A DNA stretch of 64,000 nt, from contig OX597837.1 of NCBI GenBank assembly GCA_951406725.2, positions 27,032,001-27,096,000 on the forward strand. The letters are read 5' to 3'. This document shows positions 27,535-40,683 of the stretch, one piece after another. The notes below the pieces were generated by a model. It had not been told where the DNA came from. It did no database searches and saw only the letters and a program-made list of their open reading frames with translations. This DNA is from Octopus vulgaris. Its lineage: Eukaryota. Both the position numbers and the translations under genes were made by a program. How positions within the stretch are numbered: position 1 is the stretch's first letter; each line of letters starts with the position of its first letter.

Positions 27535-27755
27535 TTATTCTTTTATTTTATTCCTTCATTCTTTTACTTGTTTCAGTCATTTGACTGTGGCCATGCAGGA
27601 GCACTGCCTTTAGTTGAGCAAATCGACCCCAGGACTTATTCTTTGTAAGCCTAGTACTTATTCTATCGGTCTCTTTTGCGGAACTGCTAAGTTACGCTTA
27701 GTAAAGAAACCACCATCGGTTGTCAAGTGATGTTGGGGGGACAAACACAGACACA

Positions 27756-27799
<44 letters not shown>

Positions 27800-27958
27800 C
27801 AATGGGCCTCTTTCAGTTTCTGTCTACCATATACACTCACAAGGCTTTGGTCGGCCCAAGGCTATAGTTGAAGACACCTGCCCAGAGTGCCAAACAGTGG
27901 GACTGAACCTTCAACCATGTGGTTGGTAAGCAAGCTTCTTACCACACAGCCACACCTC
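27535..27958 (-). mobile_element. SINE family A
   Basis: Matches other copies. Confidence 0.85.
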
Positions 27959-28495
27959 TTTGTTTTGTTTTGTTTTGGTTTTTTTTTTTTTGGGGTTTTT
28001 TCAATTTATTTTTCCAACCAATTTTTCTTACCCCTTAGAAATACCACAAAGTAAATTTCTTTCTCTCCCTCCCTCTACCTCCCTCTCTCTTCCCTCTTTC
28101 CCTCCTTCTCTCACTCTCTCTTTTTTTTTCTCTCCTCTCTCTTTCCATCCAGTATGCAGTTGTTTGATATGCTGGAAATATCAGCCAAATTATCCTTAAA
28201 TGACACAGTACTATCTTAAATAATGAATGATGTATTTAACAAGCATAGTCCTTGATCTATAAAAAGGAGGAACAGTCATGGTTAGGTTATCTTTTACTTC
28301 AAGTTTTCTCTGTCCTGTCTATCCTGTGACTAAATAAGAACAACAACAACAACAACAACAGCATTCTCAAACACTGGCTTTCAGAAACCCAAGCATCATT
28401 ATCATCATCATCAGTGTAAGAATACCAATAAGAACTATGGCCATTACCTCTTTTACTCAGAGTACTGAGGGGACATGCTTTATCTATTGGGTTCT

Positions 28496-28727
28496 AAGGC
28501 GGCGAGCTGGCAGAAACGTTAGCACGCCGGGCAAAATGCGTAGCCGTATTTCATCTGCCGTTACATTCTGAGTTCAAATTCTGCCGAGGTCGACTTTGCC
28601 TTTCGTCCTTTCAGGGTCGATAAATTAAGTACCAGTTACCCACTGGGGTCGATGTAATCGACTTAATACCTATGTCTGTCCTTTGTCTCCTTTGTGTTTA
28701 GCCCCTTGTGTGTAGTAAAGAAATATA
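28496..28727 (+). mobile_element. SINE family B, perfect 15-bp TSD
   Basis: Head GGCGGCGAGCTGGCAGAA, B-box-like GAGTTCAAATTC; TSD TATCTATTGGGTTCT at 28481-28495 and 28728-28742. Confidence 0.9.
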
Positions 28728-29578
28728 TATCTATTGGGTTCTTTTTGATTCACCAATATTTCACTAGACTTATGCCACCACTTGATTAATTAGGCCTCTA
28801 ATTAGTCATGTGGTAGAGCCAAATTAGAGAATTGTTAGTGAGGCTTTCTTCTCTACAAAAGCTTATGCATCGTTGTAGCATGCCTGTCCCAGCCAAAAAG
28901 CATTGAGCGCTTGAGGTTCCATCATTAGTCCCAATGATATGCTAAACATTCATCACAGTGTCCTCTGCTCAAACATGTGTGTTGGGCCCTCTCTTGGCAT
29001 AGGGCCCAATTTGAACAAATCTGTCTCATTAGCTTAAAACTAGCCCTGCACACATTTATACATATATGTAGGGAGAGTTTATGAAAAAAACAACAAAAGA
29101 TGAAGACAGGTGGTGTACAAAACAAACAGATGTATTAGTATAACGCTCAGGAATAGAAAAAGTCTTTTACGTTTCGAGCCTATGCTCTTCTACAAAAGGG
29201 ACACAGAAAACAAGAAGAGAAACAAGGAGAGAAAAAAATGTGTGAAGTGGCTATATACACATATATGCACAAATATACATGATACATGCATACCTGATGG
29301 GCTTCTTTCAGTTTCTGTTGTCCAAATCTACTGACAAACTTTGGTCAGCCAGGGGACCATAATAGAAAACATTTGCCTATGATTACCATGCAGTGGAACT
29401 GAACCTAAAACCACATGCCTGAGAAGCAAACTTCTTTACCACACAACAATGCCTACATCAACAACATGTTCCATAATAATGTCATACAATGTAACGAGAT
29501 ATTATACAGTATCACAATGTGTAACATGGTGTGGTATAGTGTTACATAATGTTGTCACATCATCATCATCATCATCAT

Positions 29579-29845
29579 CGTTTAGCATCCGTTTTCCATG
29601 CTAGCATGGGTTGGACAGTTCTACTGGGGTCTGTGAAGCCAGAAGGCTTCATCAGGCCCAGTCAAATCTGGCAGTGTTTCTATGGCTGGATGTCCTTCCT
29701 AACGCCAACCACTCCGTGAGTGTAGTGGGTGCTTTTTACGTGCCACCCGCACAGGTGCCAGACAGAGCTGGCAAACGGCCACAAACGGATGGTGCTTTTT
29801 ATGTGCCACCGGCACGAGGGCCAGGCGAGGCTGGCAACGGACGGA
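29579..29845 (-). mobile_element. Retroposon family D
   Basis: Matches 965-1210. Confidence 0.8.
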
Positions 29846-30965
29846 GATGATAATTGTTCTTGTTCTCAGTCTTCAAGAGTTTCCAATTGCAACAAGCTTG
29901 GTTTCCTGGTCCAGACCAAGCCTATTATTTTGTGGAATATGTAAGAAAAGCAGAAACATTGAAATGACGAATATATTTCTTTACTGCCCACAAGTGGCTA
30001 AACATAGAGGTGACAAACAAGGACAGACAAACGGATTAAGGATGAAAGGCAAAGTCGACCTCGGCGGAATTTGAACTCAGAACGTAACGACAGATGAAAT
30101 ACCGCTAGGCATTTCACCCGGCGCTGCTTTGTGGAAATTGTTTTGACTTTCTGCACCCTGAGTTCAAACGCTGTCCAAGTCAACTTTACTTTGCATTCTT
30201 TCAGAGTTGATGTAAAAGTACCAATCTTGGAGAACTGATTGGCAGAACTGCAAGAATGTTGGACCAAATGCCTTCCCGTATTTGTTCCAGCCCTTAATGT
30301 TCTGAGTTCAAATGCTGTCATGGCCTCTTTGGGTGATAGACTTACTCCATCACTACCCAGCAGCTTGTGTCCCTTTAGTAGAGTTCTGATCCTTTACTAG
30401 CACTTGAGTCAGATCTCTGGTTTGAGGATACAAAACTCCCTCCCTCCTACCAGACTTAAAGGGGCTATAAAAGGTTACAGGCACTGCCTTCACTCATGAT
30501 TTAAAAAAAAAAACAAGAACTAACAAGAAAAAAGCAGAACCGTAGAAAGCTGGATGAAGTCCCTTATAATATTTAGTTTCATAAGGTGGCAAGCTTTATG
30601 TTCTGAGTTCAAATTCCACCGAGGTTGACTTTGCTTTTCATCATTTCAGGTCAATAAATTAAGTACCAGTTTTGTACTGGGGTCGATCTAATCGACTGGG
30701 CCCCTCCCCAAAAATTTCGTGCCTTGTGCCTAGAGTGGAAAAGAATATTTAGTTTCATATCTGTATGTTACGAGTTCAAGCTCTGGCTGAAGTGCACTTT
30801 GCATTTTCACATTTTTTTAAAAATTCATTTTTCTGTAAGCAAAAGAATCCATCAACTCTATATTTTTCACTCCAAAACTGACTTTATGTCGAATTCCACG
30901 AAGTTAGTCTTCTGTGTATTTGTTTGAGAGATTCCTGGAAATGGTTTGGCCTCAATAAATGTAGT

Positions 30966-31352
30966 GGATGGAAACACTCCGTCGTTTACAACAATGAGGG
31001 TTCCGGTTGATCCGAATCAACGGAACAGCCTGCTCGTGAAATTAACATGTAAGTGGCTCAGCACTCCACAGACACGTGCACCCTTAACATAGTTCTCGGG
31101 GATATTCAGCGTGACACAGAGAGTGACAAGGCCAGCCCTTTGAAATACAGGTACAACAGAAACAGGAAGTAAGAGTGAGAGAAAGTTGTGGTGAAAGAGT
31201 ACAGCAGGGATCACCACCATCCCCTGCCGGAGCCTCGTGGAGCTTTTAGGTGTTTTCGCTCAATAAACACTCACAACGCCCGGTCTGGGAATCGAAACCG
31301 CGATCCTACGACCGTGAGTCCGCTGCCCTAACCACTGGACCATTGCGCCTCC
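30966..31352 (-). mobile_element. tRNA-derived SINE, family E
   Basis: Reverse complement of 7168-7554. Confidence 0.9.
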
Positions 31353-31495
31353 ATATATACACATACAGTAGCAACAGTGACAGTATTAAAACCAAGAGGT
31401 AATACTTATCTCTGCTTAAACCTAGATTGGGGGCAGGGTTAGGGTTAGATACCATGAGAGAAACCCTCATATTGGCTTTTTTGATTTTTATGTAC

Positions 31496-31707
31496 ATTCT
31501 TTTATTTCTTTCAGTCATTTGACTGTGGCCATGCTGGAGCACCACCTTTAGTCAAACAAATCGACCCCCAGGACTTATTCTTTGTAAGCCTAGTACTTAT
31601 TTTATCGGTCTCATTTGCCGAACTGTGAAGTTACGGGGACGTGAACACACCAACATCGGTTGTCAAGCGATAGTGGAGGGATAAACACAGACACACACAC
31701 ACACACG

Positions 31708-31745
<38 letters not shown>

Positions 31746-31866
31746 CGACAGGCTTCTTTCAGTTTCCATCTACCAAATCTACTCACAAGGCTTTGGTCAG
31801 CCCAAGGCTTTAGTAGAAGACACTGGCTGCTAAGTAAGATACTTACCACACAGCCACTTCTGTGCC
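31496..31866 (-). mobile_element. SINE family A (small internal deletion)
   Basis: Matches other copies. Confidence 0.85.
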
Positions 31867-31914
31867 TATATATATATATATTTATTTCCAGCATTTTTGT
31901 TTCTTTTTTTGTTT

Positions 31915-32005
<91 letters not shown>

Positions 32006-32489
32006 CTCTCCTCTTCTCTTTCTGTAGACAAAGTGTAGGCTTGAATCATTCTTCCATTTTTCCCAAGTATTCAACTAATACATCTTGTTTGTTGTTTCCT
32101 CACCGGTTTCTGCCTTTTGTGTTTGGTTCAATTTTGATCCACACACACACACACATGTACACATATTATGAATGGTTGAATGTACTTTCAACATTTTTAA
32201 GTAAAGGCACAGAGGATAGTAAATGCACATACGTACACACATCATCATTTTTTCCTCAAATTGAGTGTGAAGATTAGAGATAGGGCTATGTATATCCTTC
32301 CAATCCCTGAAAGGAATATAACTGATGACACTTTTTGAACTTCTATAAAATAATTTGGGCAGAACAAAAACTCTCAAAGAACTGCAGTCTTGGGGTTAAA
32401 TGATTGGTGGAAGTGGATGTTTGTGGTTGATTCTAGGGCGGTAAGACTAACGAGTGGAGGTACAGAATGTGTTTAAGTAGGAATGGTAT

Positions 32490-32895
32490 ACTCTTACTCT
32501 CTCTTTTACTCTTTTACTTGTTTCAGTCATTTTGACTGCGGCCATGCTGGAGTACCGCCTTTAGTCGAGCAAATCGACCCCGGGACTTATTCTTTGTAAG
32601 CCCAGTACTTATTCTATCGGTCTCTTTGCCAAACCGCTAAGTAACGGGGACGTAAACACACCAGCATCGGTTGTCAAGCAATGCTAGGGGGACAAACACA
32701 CACACACAAACACATATATATATACATATATACGACAGGCTTCTTTCAGTCTCCGTCTACCAAATCCACTCACAAGGCATTGATCGGCCCGGGGCTATAG
32801 CAAAAGACACTTGCCCAAGGTGCCACGCAGTGGGACTGAACCCAGAACCATGTGGTTGGTTAGCAAGCTACTTACCACACAGCCACTCCTGCGCC
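32490..32895 (-). mobile_element. SINE family A, full length
   Basis: Head GGCGCAGGAGTGGCTGTGTGGTAAG on the minus strand. Confidence 0.9.
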
Positions 32896-32967
32896 TATGG
32901 AGCTGATTATTTCAGAGGAGCAGTGACCATTTTTGTAATGGTAGTAGACATTAAGGGCAATGACAGC

Positions 32968-33096
32968 CACTAGCGTAGCCAGAGTGTGCTGCCTCCAGAC
33001 CCCACAAAAAGCACATATTGCCTACAGCAGATCCAACTTTAAAAGTGCTGCCTGCAGCAGACTGCCCCTTCTGCCCCACCACTGGCTATGCTAGTG
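32968..33096. mobile_element. Small MITE
   Basis: TIRs CACTAGCGTAGCCAG / CTGGCTATGCTAGTG; TSD not clear. Confidence 0.55.
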
Positions 33097-33199
33097 GTGG
33101 CACCTCATCGAGGATTTTGTGGTTGTAGTGGAGATCACATCCCCCTACATGGCCTTGGTTTTGCTTTTTGAGCCAAAAAAATTAAATTAAAGAATAACA

Positions 33200-33620
33200 G
33201 CTCAGGAGTGGCTGTGTGGTAAGTAGCTTGCTAACCAACAACATGTTTCCGGGTTCAGTCCCACTGCGTGGCATCTTGGGCAAGTATCTTCTGCTATAGC
33301 CCCGGGCCGACCAATGCCTTGTGAGTGGATTTGGTAGACGGAAACTGAAAGAAGCCTGTCGTATATATGTATATATATATATATGTATGTGTGTGTGTTT
33401 GTGTGTCTGTGTTTGTTCCCCTAGCATTGCTTGACAACCGATGCTGGTGTGTTTTATGTCCCCGTTACATAGCGGTTCGGCAAAAAGAGACCGATAGAAT
33501 AAGTACTGGGCTTACAAAAAGAATAAGTCCCGGGGTCGAGTTGCTCGGCTAAAGGCGGTGCTCCAGCATGGCCGCAGTCAAATGACTGAAACAAGTAAAA
33601 GAGTAAAGAGTAAAAGAGAG
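33200..33620 (+). mobile_element. SINE family A, full length
   Basis: Inverted partner of 32490-32895. Confidence 0.9.
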
Positions 33621-33822
33621 AGCCCAGGCTTTTTGTGTGTGTGTGTGTGTAACAGTGATATCATTCCAAATTCACTAGCAACTAGTGCTGTGGTGTTAGT
33701 CACACTAACACTTTGTAGAGGCTTTTGGCAGCTCCCTGATTTTGTTTGCACTTTGTATCTACTTTCTACTGTTTTTCACTATTACCCCCCCCTCCCCGCC
33801 TATCATGCTCCTAAGTCTAGGT

Positions 33823-34567
33823 TTGTGCTCTGCAACGTTTTTTTTTTTTCACTTGCGGCACACTTATATTCATTACAAAATTTGGTGGCACACCTGAACC
33901 AAAGATATAACTAAAGGTGTAGGGAAAATATCTATATTCAGGTTACATTGCGTCTGTTGTGTGGACGCCCCCAGACAATGAAGTAGGCTAGCCCAATACA
34001 TAGATATAGAGGGAGAAGTCTGGACATCAAAGTTGAGTGGAAGCACTCCGTCGGTTACGACGATGAGGGTTCCGGTTGATCCAAATCAACGGAACAGCCT
34101 GCTCATGAAATTAACGTGTAAGTGGCTGAGCACTCCACAGACATGTGCACTCTTAACGTAGTTCTCGGGGATATTCAGCGTGACACAGAGAGTGACAAGG
34201 CCGGCCCTTTTGAAATACAGGTACAACAGAAACAGGAAGTAAGAGTGAGAGAAAGTTGTGGTGAAAGAGTACAGCAGGGATCGCCACCATCCCCTGCCGG
34301 AGTCTTGTGGAGCTTTAGGTGTTTTTGCTCAATAAACACTCACTACGCCTGGTCTGGAAATCGAAACTGCGATCCTACAACCGCGAGTCTACTGCCCTAA
34401 CCACTGGGCCATTGCGCCTCCACATCAAAGTTGAGTAGAGGTCATACGAATGTGCGATATAACAGTGGCGACAAGGATTTCGTAGCTCACACAGCCTCTG
34501 TATAGTATTGCGATATAACAGTGTCACACCTCGCATCATCTAGTGGCACACCAGTTGTGGAGAACTG
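33823..34567. mobile_element. Degenerate hAT (Charlie/Buster-like) MITE interrupted by a SINE
   Basis: Flanks GTCTAGGT / GTCTAGAT (NTCTAGAN-type target), degenerate 14-bp TIRs, subterminal G(C/T)GGCACAC motifs at both ends. Confidence 0.6.
34039..34421 (-). mobile_element. tRNA-derived SINE, family E, perfect 15-bp TSD
   Basis: ACATCAAAGTTGAGT at 34024-34038 and 34422-34436. Confidence 0.93.
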
Positions 34568-34597
34568 GTCTAGATTCTTTGGCCTAGAAGTATTTTA

Positions 34598-35208
34598 GGT
34601 GGCAAGCTGGCAGAAACGTTAGCACGCCGGGCGAATGCTTAACGGTATTTCGTCTGCCGTTACGTTCTGAGTTCAATTTCCGCTGAGATCGACTTTGCCT
34701 TTCATCCTGTCGGGGTCAATAAATTAAGTACCAGTTACGCACTGGGGTCGATGTAATCGACTTAATCCGTTTGTCTATCCTTGTTTGTCCTCTCTGTGTT
34801 TAGCCCCTCGTGGGTAGTAAAGAAATAGGTATTTCGTCTGCCGCTACGTTCTGAGTTCAAACTCCACTGAGGTCAACTTTGCCTGTCATCCTGTCGGGGT
34901 CAATAAATTAAGTACCAGTTACGCACTGGAGTCGATGTAATCGACTTAATCCGTTTGTCTATCCTTGTTTGTCCTCTCTGTGTTTAGCCTCTTGTGGGTA
35001 GTAAACAAATAGGTATTTCGTCTGCCGCTACGTTCTGAGTTCAAATTCCACTAAGGTCGACTTTGCCTTTCATCCTTTCGGGGTCGATTAACTAAGTACC
35101 AGTTACACATTGGGGTCTATATAATCTACTACTAGTTTGTGTGCTGGAGTTGATGTAATTGACTGTTCCCTCCCCAAATTTCAGGCCTTGTGTCTATAAT
35201 AGAAAGGA
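34598..35208 (+). mobile_element. SINE family B with internal ~185-bp tandem triplication
   Basis: GGTATTTCGTCTGCCG...CTGAGTTCAA recurs at ~34645, 34828 and 35012. Confidence 0.85.
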
Positions 35209-35243
35209 TTGTTATCATTATTATTATTATTATTATTATTATT

Positions 35244-35740
35244 GAGTGAGAGAGCAGTGCATGCCATCAAATTGACACTGGGGTAAAATATACGAAGCCC
35301 AATATACCCATCATGACTACCCGTCTGATAAGGGTACACCAGGCACATGCATCACAACCATATGTGCGCGACATGGTGATCTCATATCAAGATAAACAGC
35401 ACATGACCTTGCAGGTGGGGCCCAGTTAGAATTTTCTTCAGGTTGAGTAGCACATCCTGCTCAAAAGGTCCCTGAATAAGGGTTGCTTTAGGATGTTGAA
35501 CGAAACACCCATGTTTCCAGAGGTGAATTATTAAAACCCCAAAGAATCCCTCTCAACACATGGCTATGATGCTCCCCCACTACTTCTGCTCGTGATCAGA
35601 GATGCACATATCGTCAGCCAATAAGGGACATGCTCAACTAGCGAAGGTCAAGCAACTGACAAGCAAATCTGTGGTATTGAGCAGAATATTTGCTGTAGCC
35701 CATCTTTTATACCAAGACAAAACAATGTACATGATAACAC

Positions 35741-35742
<2 letters not shown>
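35244..35742 (-). mobile_element. Family C element, slightly truncated
   Basis: (ATT)n on both sides; matches 36943-37500. Confidence 0.88.
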
Positions 35743-35825
<83 letters not shown>

Positions 35826-36014
35826 CATCATCATTTTATCATCAGACAAAATGCCTAGGGCATATCTGTCTTTACACACTGAATTCAAATTTTACCAAAG
35901 TTGACTTTGCCTGTCATCCTTTTGGTATTCGTAAAATAAGTAACAGTCAATGTAATCATCTTATCCCCGCCACCAAAATTGTGCCAAAATTTGAAATCAT
36001 TATAATTATTATTA

Positions 36015-36045
<31 letters not shown>

Positions 36046-36056
36046 TATTATTATTA

Positions 36057-36114
<58 letters not shown>

Positions 36115-36129
36115 TATTATTATCATTAT

Positions 36130-36516
36130 TGTGGTAAGTAGCTTGCTTACCAACCACGTGGTTCCTAGTTCAGTCCCACTGCATGGCACCTTGGGCAAGT
36201 GTCTTCTACTATAGCCTCGGACTGACCAAAGCCTTGTGAGTGGATTTGGTAGACGGAAACTGAAAGAAGCCTGTTGTATATATGTATATATGTGTGTGTA
36301 TATGTTTGTGTGGTCTGCATTTGTCCCCCCAACATTGCTTAACAAACGATGCTGGTGTGTTTATGTCCCCCGTAACTTAGCAGTTCGACAAAAGAGACCG
36401 ATAGAATAAGTAACTAGGCTTACAAAGAATAAGTCCTGGGGTCGATTTGCTCGACTGAAGGCGGTGTTCCAGCATGGCCACAGTCAAATGACTGAAACAA
36501 GTAAAAGAGTAAAAAG
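36130..36516 (+). mobile_element. SINE family A
   Basis: Matches other copies. Confidence 0.85.
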
Positions 36517-36636
36517 TATAGTAGACATTGCACAGTATACGATATCATGAGGTTGTTGGTTGAAGATATTGTGTCTTCCAGGGGTTTGCACAGTTTATCA
36601 AGTCACAACAAGGACCTCAGACAGACAGTACTTTAC

Positions 36637-36878
36637 ATATTTGACTTTTGCTTTACATTTGCACAAGCTGGCTCCAAGTCTCACCCAGAGACCTCAAGAG
36701 ACTACAAGTTGGAAGTTCATGTTGGTGTTATGCCTTGGGTGCCATATATTTGGTTTTGTACTAAGTGTTGTACTAGTGAATGCCTAAAAAACCATTTGAA
36801 AATCATGTTTGTTTTAAAACTTGAGATTACATAGAAAGTATTTTGTGTAGGATATGAGCAGTTCCCATGAGCACTATC

Positions 36879-36880
<2 letters not shown>
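36637..36880 (-). mobile_element. R4/Dong 3' end, third family
   Basis: KIVLMGTAHILHKILSM* at 36880-36827 with a distinct 3' UTR. Confidence 0.75.
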
Positions 36881-36942
<62 letters not shown>

Positions 36943-37496
36943 GAGTGAGAGAGCAGTTCATGCCATCAAAGTGACACTGGGGTAAAATATATGAAGCCCA
37001 ATATACCCATCATGACTACCTGTCTGATAAGGGTACACCAGGCACATGCATCACAACCATATGTGCGCGACATGGTGATCTCATATCAAAATAAACAGCA
37101 CATGACCTTGCAGGTGGGGCCCAGTTAGAATTTTCTTCAGGTTGAGTAGCCCATCCTGCTCAAAAAGTCCCTGAATAAGGATTGTTTAAGGATGTTGAAA
37201 GAACCACCCATGTTTCCAGAGGTGAATTATTAAAACCCCAAAGAATCCCTCTCAACACATGGCTATGATGCTCCCCCCCTACTGATGCTCATGATCAGAG
37301 ATGCACATATCGTCAGCCACTAAGGGACATGCTCAACTGGTTAAGGTCAAACAACTGACAAGCAAATCTGTGGTATTGAGCAGAATATTTGCTGTAGCTC
37401 ATCTTTTATACCAAGACAAAACAATGTACATGATAACACTTCCAACCAGTTAAGATCAGAAGCCATGAGAGCCACTGCCTGGTACTGCATCAGGGC

Positions 37497-37500
<4 letters not shown>
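36943..37500 (-). mobile_element. Family C element, longest copy (~558 bp)
   Basis: (ATT)n|GAGTGAGAGAGCAG ... CAGGGCATTT|(ATT)n. Confidence 0.9.
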
Positions 37501-37562
<62 letters not shown>

Positions 37563-37571
37563 TACTACTAC

Positions 37572-37626
<55 letters not shown>

Positions 37627-37978
37627 AAGTGTCTTTGGGCTCAGTTTTGTTTCTCATCCTTCCAGGGTGGATGCAGTTATACCAGTTATATACTGGGTTT
37701 CGAATTAAGTTACTACAACTCTGGCAAAATGTGTTGCTTCGTGCTGTTTGAAATCTTTAGTGTTATTAACCCCCCCACCCCCACCCAATCAAAACTAATG
37801 CATGACCTTGTACCAATGCTTGCTGTATTTGTTCTATCCCTTCATGTTCTGAGTTCAAATCCTGCTGAGGTCAATTTACCTTTCATCCTTTCAGGACTGA
37901 TTAATTAGAGTACCATTTAAGTACCAGGTCCGATGTAATTGACTTCCCTATCCCTTTAAAACTGAACCTTCTGCCAAA

Positions 37979-38013
<35 letters not shown>

Positions 38014-38033
38014 CATTATTATTATTATTATTA

Positions 38034-38240
38034 TAGACGTCACACAGTATACAATATCATGAGGTTGTTGTCTGAGGATATTGTGACTATCGGGGGTTTG
38101 CACTGTTTGTCAAGTCGTAACTAGGGCCTCAAACAGACAGTACTTTATGCAATATGCATGCAGTTCCAAGTAATGCCGACTTTTGCAATACACCTAGATT
38201 TAGGATATTTCTAAGATTTTCAGATGTTTTTTTTCCAGTT
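38034..38240 (-). mobile_element. R4/Dong 3' end, second family (3' UTR copy also at 36521-36636)
   Basis: LGVLQKSALLGTACILHKVLSV* then 3' UTR and (AAT)n. Confidence 0.8.
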
Positions 38241-38355
38241 TGGGTGGTATTGAACCCAATGCTCCGATGACAATAGGGATAACCTTTATGTTTGACTCTC
38301 GTAGCTACCACCTCTTAGTGAACGCAATTCTATTATTATTATTATTATTATTATT

Positions 38356-38907
38356 GAGTGAGAGAGCAGTACATGCCATCAAAGTGACACTGGGGTAAAA
38401 TATACGAAGCCCAGTTTCCCCTCATGACTACCCGTCTGATAAGGGTAAACCAGGCCCATGCATCACAACCATATGTGCACGACATGGTGATTTCATATCA
38501 AGATAAACAGTACATGGCCTTGCAGGTGGGGCCCAGTTAGAATTTTCATCTGGTCGAGTAACCCATCCCACTCAATAGGTCCCTGAATAACAGTTGTTTA
38601 AGGATGTTGAACAAAACACCCATGTTTCCAGAAGTGAATTATTAAAACCCCAAAGAATCCCTCTCAACACATGGCTATGATGCTCCCTCACTACTTCTGC
38701 TCGTGATCAGAAATGCACATATTGTCAGCCACTAAGGGACATGCTCAACTGATTAAGGTCAAACAACTGACAAGCAAATCTGTAAATCTGTGGTATTGAG
38801 CAGAATATTTGCTGTAGCCCATCTTTTATACCAAGATAAAACAATGTACATGATAACACTTCCAATCAGTTAAAATCAGAAGCCACAAGAGCCACTGCTT
38901 GGTACTG
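38356..38907 (-). mobile_element. Family C element
   Basis: (ATT)n on both sides. Confidence 0.88.
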
Positions 38908-38909
38908 AA

Positions 38910-38979
<70 letters not shown>

Positions 38980-40351
38980 GTTAAGGTGGCTAGCTGACAG
39001 AATCATTAGCACACTGGACAAAGCGCTTAGCAGCATTTTATCCATCCTCACTTACTGAGTTCAAATTCCACTGACACTGACTTTACCTTTCATTGTCTCT
39101 GTATTAATAATACCTCTGTTGCTAGTATATATTTTTCAACAAGCTCACTGGCTAATGATAACACCAGTGCCTGTTCTGGCACTGTTGTTCTACATGTCAC
39201 TGGCAGGGAGATTCCATCACTGACAAGACCAAGGGAGGTTGAAATCACGTGATCTGGTGGTCTCAGCACTGAAAATGGCAGAAATTTATCTCCCTGCTAA
39301 CGATATCAACAAGAGTGCATTTTACACCAAAAGCCAATATGAGAGTTTCTCTCATGGAATCGACCACAGTATAGTTTGTTCTAACAGAACATCCAGGTTT
39401 AAGTGGGGATAAATACCTTTCAGTATTAAAACTACCTTTGTTGCTAATAATTATTTTACTAACAAACCTGTTCTGCTCTGGATACTTCACTGTCACTTTA
39501 ATTTCTCATCCCATAACATTAAACTGTCTCCCCTTCTACTGTAACTCCAGTCATTTGAAGAGAATCTTAGTTTTGCAAGCTACATGACAACCTCACTAGT
39601 GCTGGTGCCCAGTACATTCTGTTAAGTGCTTGATATTAGGAAAAGCATCCAGCAGTAGATACAAAGCTAAAACAAATATAGAAATATGATACAGCCATTG
39701 GACCTATCAGATCCAGTCTAACCCATGCCAGCATGGATCATGGATGTTAAATGATGGTGATATTTTCTTTTTATTCTCAGTTGAAATACTGACTGGTAGC
39801 TTTTGTCTCTCATCCTTTTATAGGTAAAGGTTAACTGTTGGTTTCTTTTAAAATGTCTGTCCTTGCCCATCACAACAAAAATGGCATTGGATTGACAGAA
39901 ACCTTTGAGCATTAGGAAATATGCCTTGTAATATTTACTTCTGGTGATATACATTCTGAGTTCAAATATCAGCAAGGTCAACTTGATTTTTCATAAAGAC
40001 AATAAAATAAGATACCAGTCAGATATTGGGTCAATAGTATTAACTAATCCTCACTACTCATAAAACTGCTGGCCTCAGGATTTTGCCTATATCAAAAACT
40101 TTATTATTACTATTATTTGGTGGCACGGCACATACTGGTGGCATATAAAATACACCATTTGAGCGTAATCATTAGCAGCGTTGCCTGGGGTCAATGTAAT
40201 CGATGAGTCACATCCCCCAAATTCCACTGAGGCCTTTCATTCTCTTGGGGTTGATAAAATAAGTACCAGTTGAGTACTGGGGTTGGTGTAATCAACTTAC
40301 TGCCAGCTTCCTACTTACTGACCTTGTGCTAAAATTTGAAATATTATTATT

Positions 40352-40683
40352 GAGTGAGAGAGCAGCACATGCCATCAAAGTGGTTCTGGGGTACGAATAT
40401 ACAAAACCCAGTATACCCATCATGACTACCCATGTGATAAGGGTACACCAAGTGCATGCATAACCATATATGCAAGACATGGTGATCTCATATCATGATT
40501 AACAGTGCATGACCTTGCAGATGGGAGTCGAGTTAGAATTTTCTTCAAGTCGAGTAGCCCAACCCACTCAAAAGGTCCCTGAATAAGGTTTGTTTGAGGA
40601 TGATGAATGAAACACCTATGTTTCCAGAAGTGAATTATTCAAACCACAAAGAATTCCTTTCAACACGTGGCTATGATGCTCTC
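40352..40683 (-). mobile_element. Family C element, truncated and diverged
   Basis: Retains only the GAGTGAGAGAGCAG end. Confidence 0.8.
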
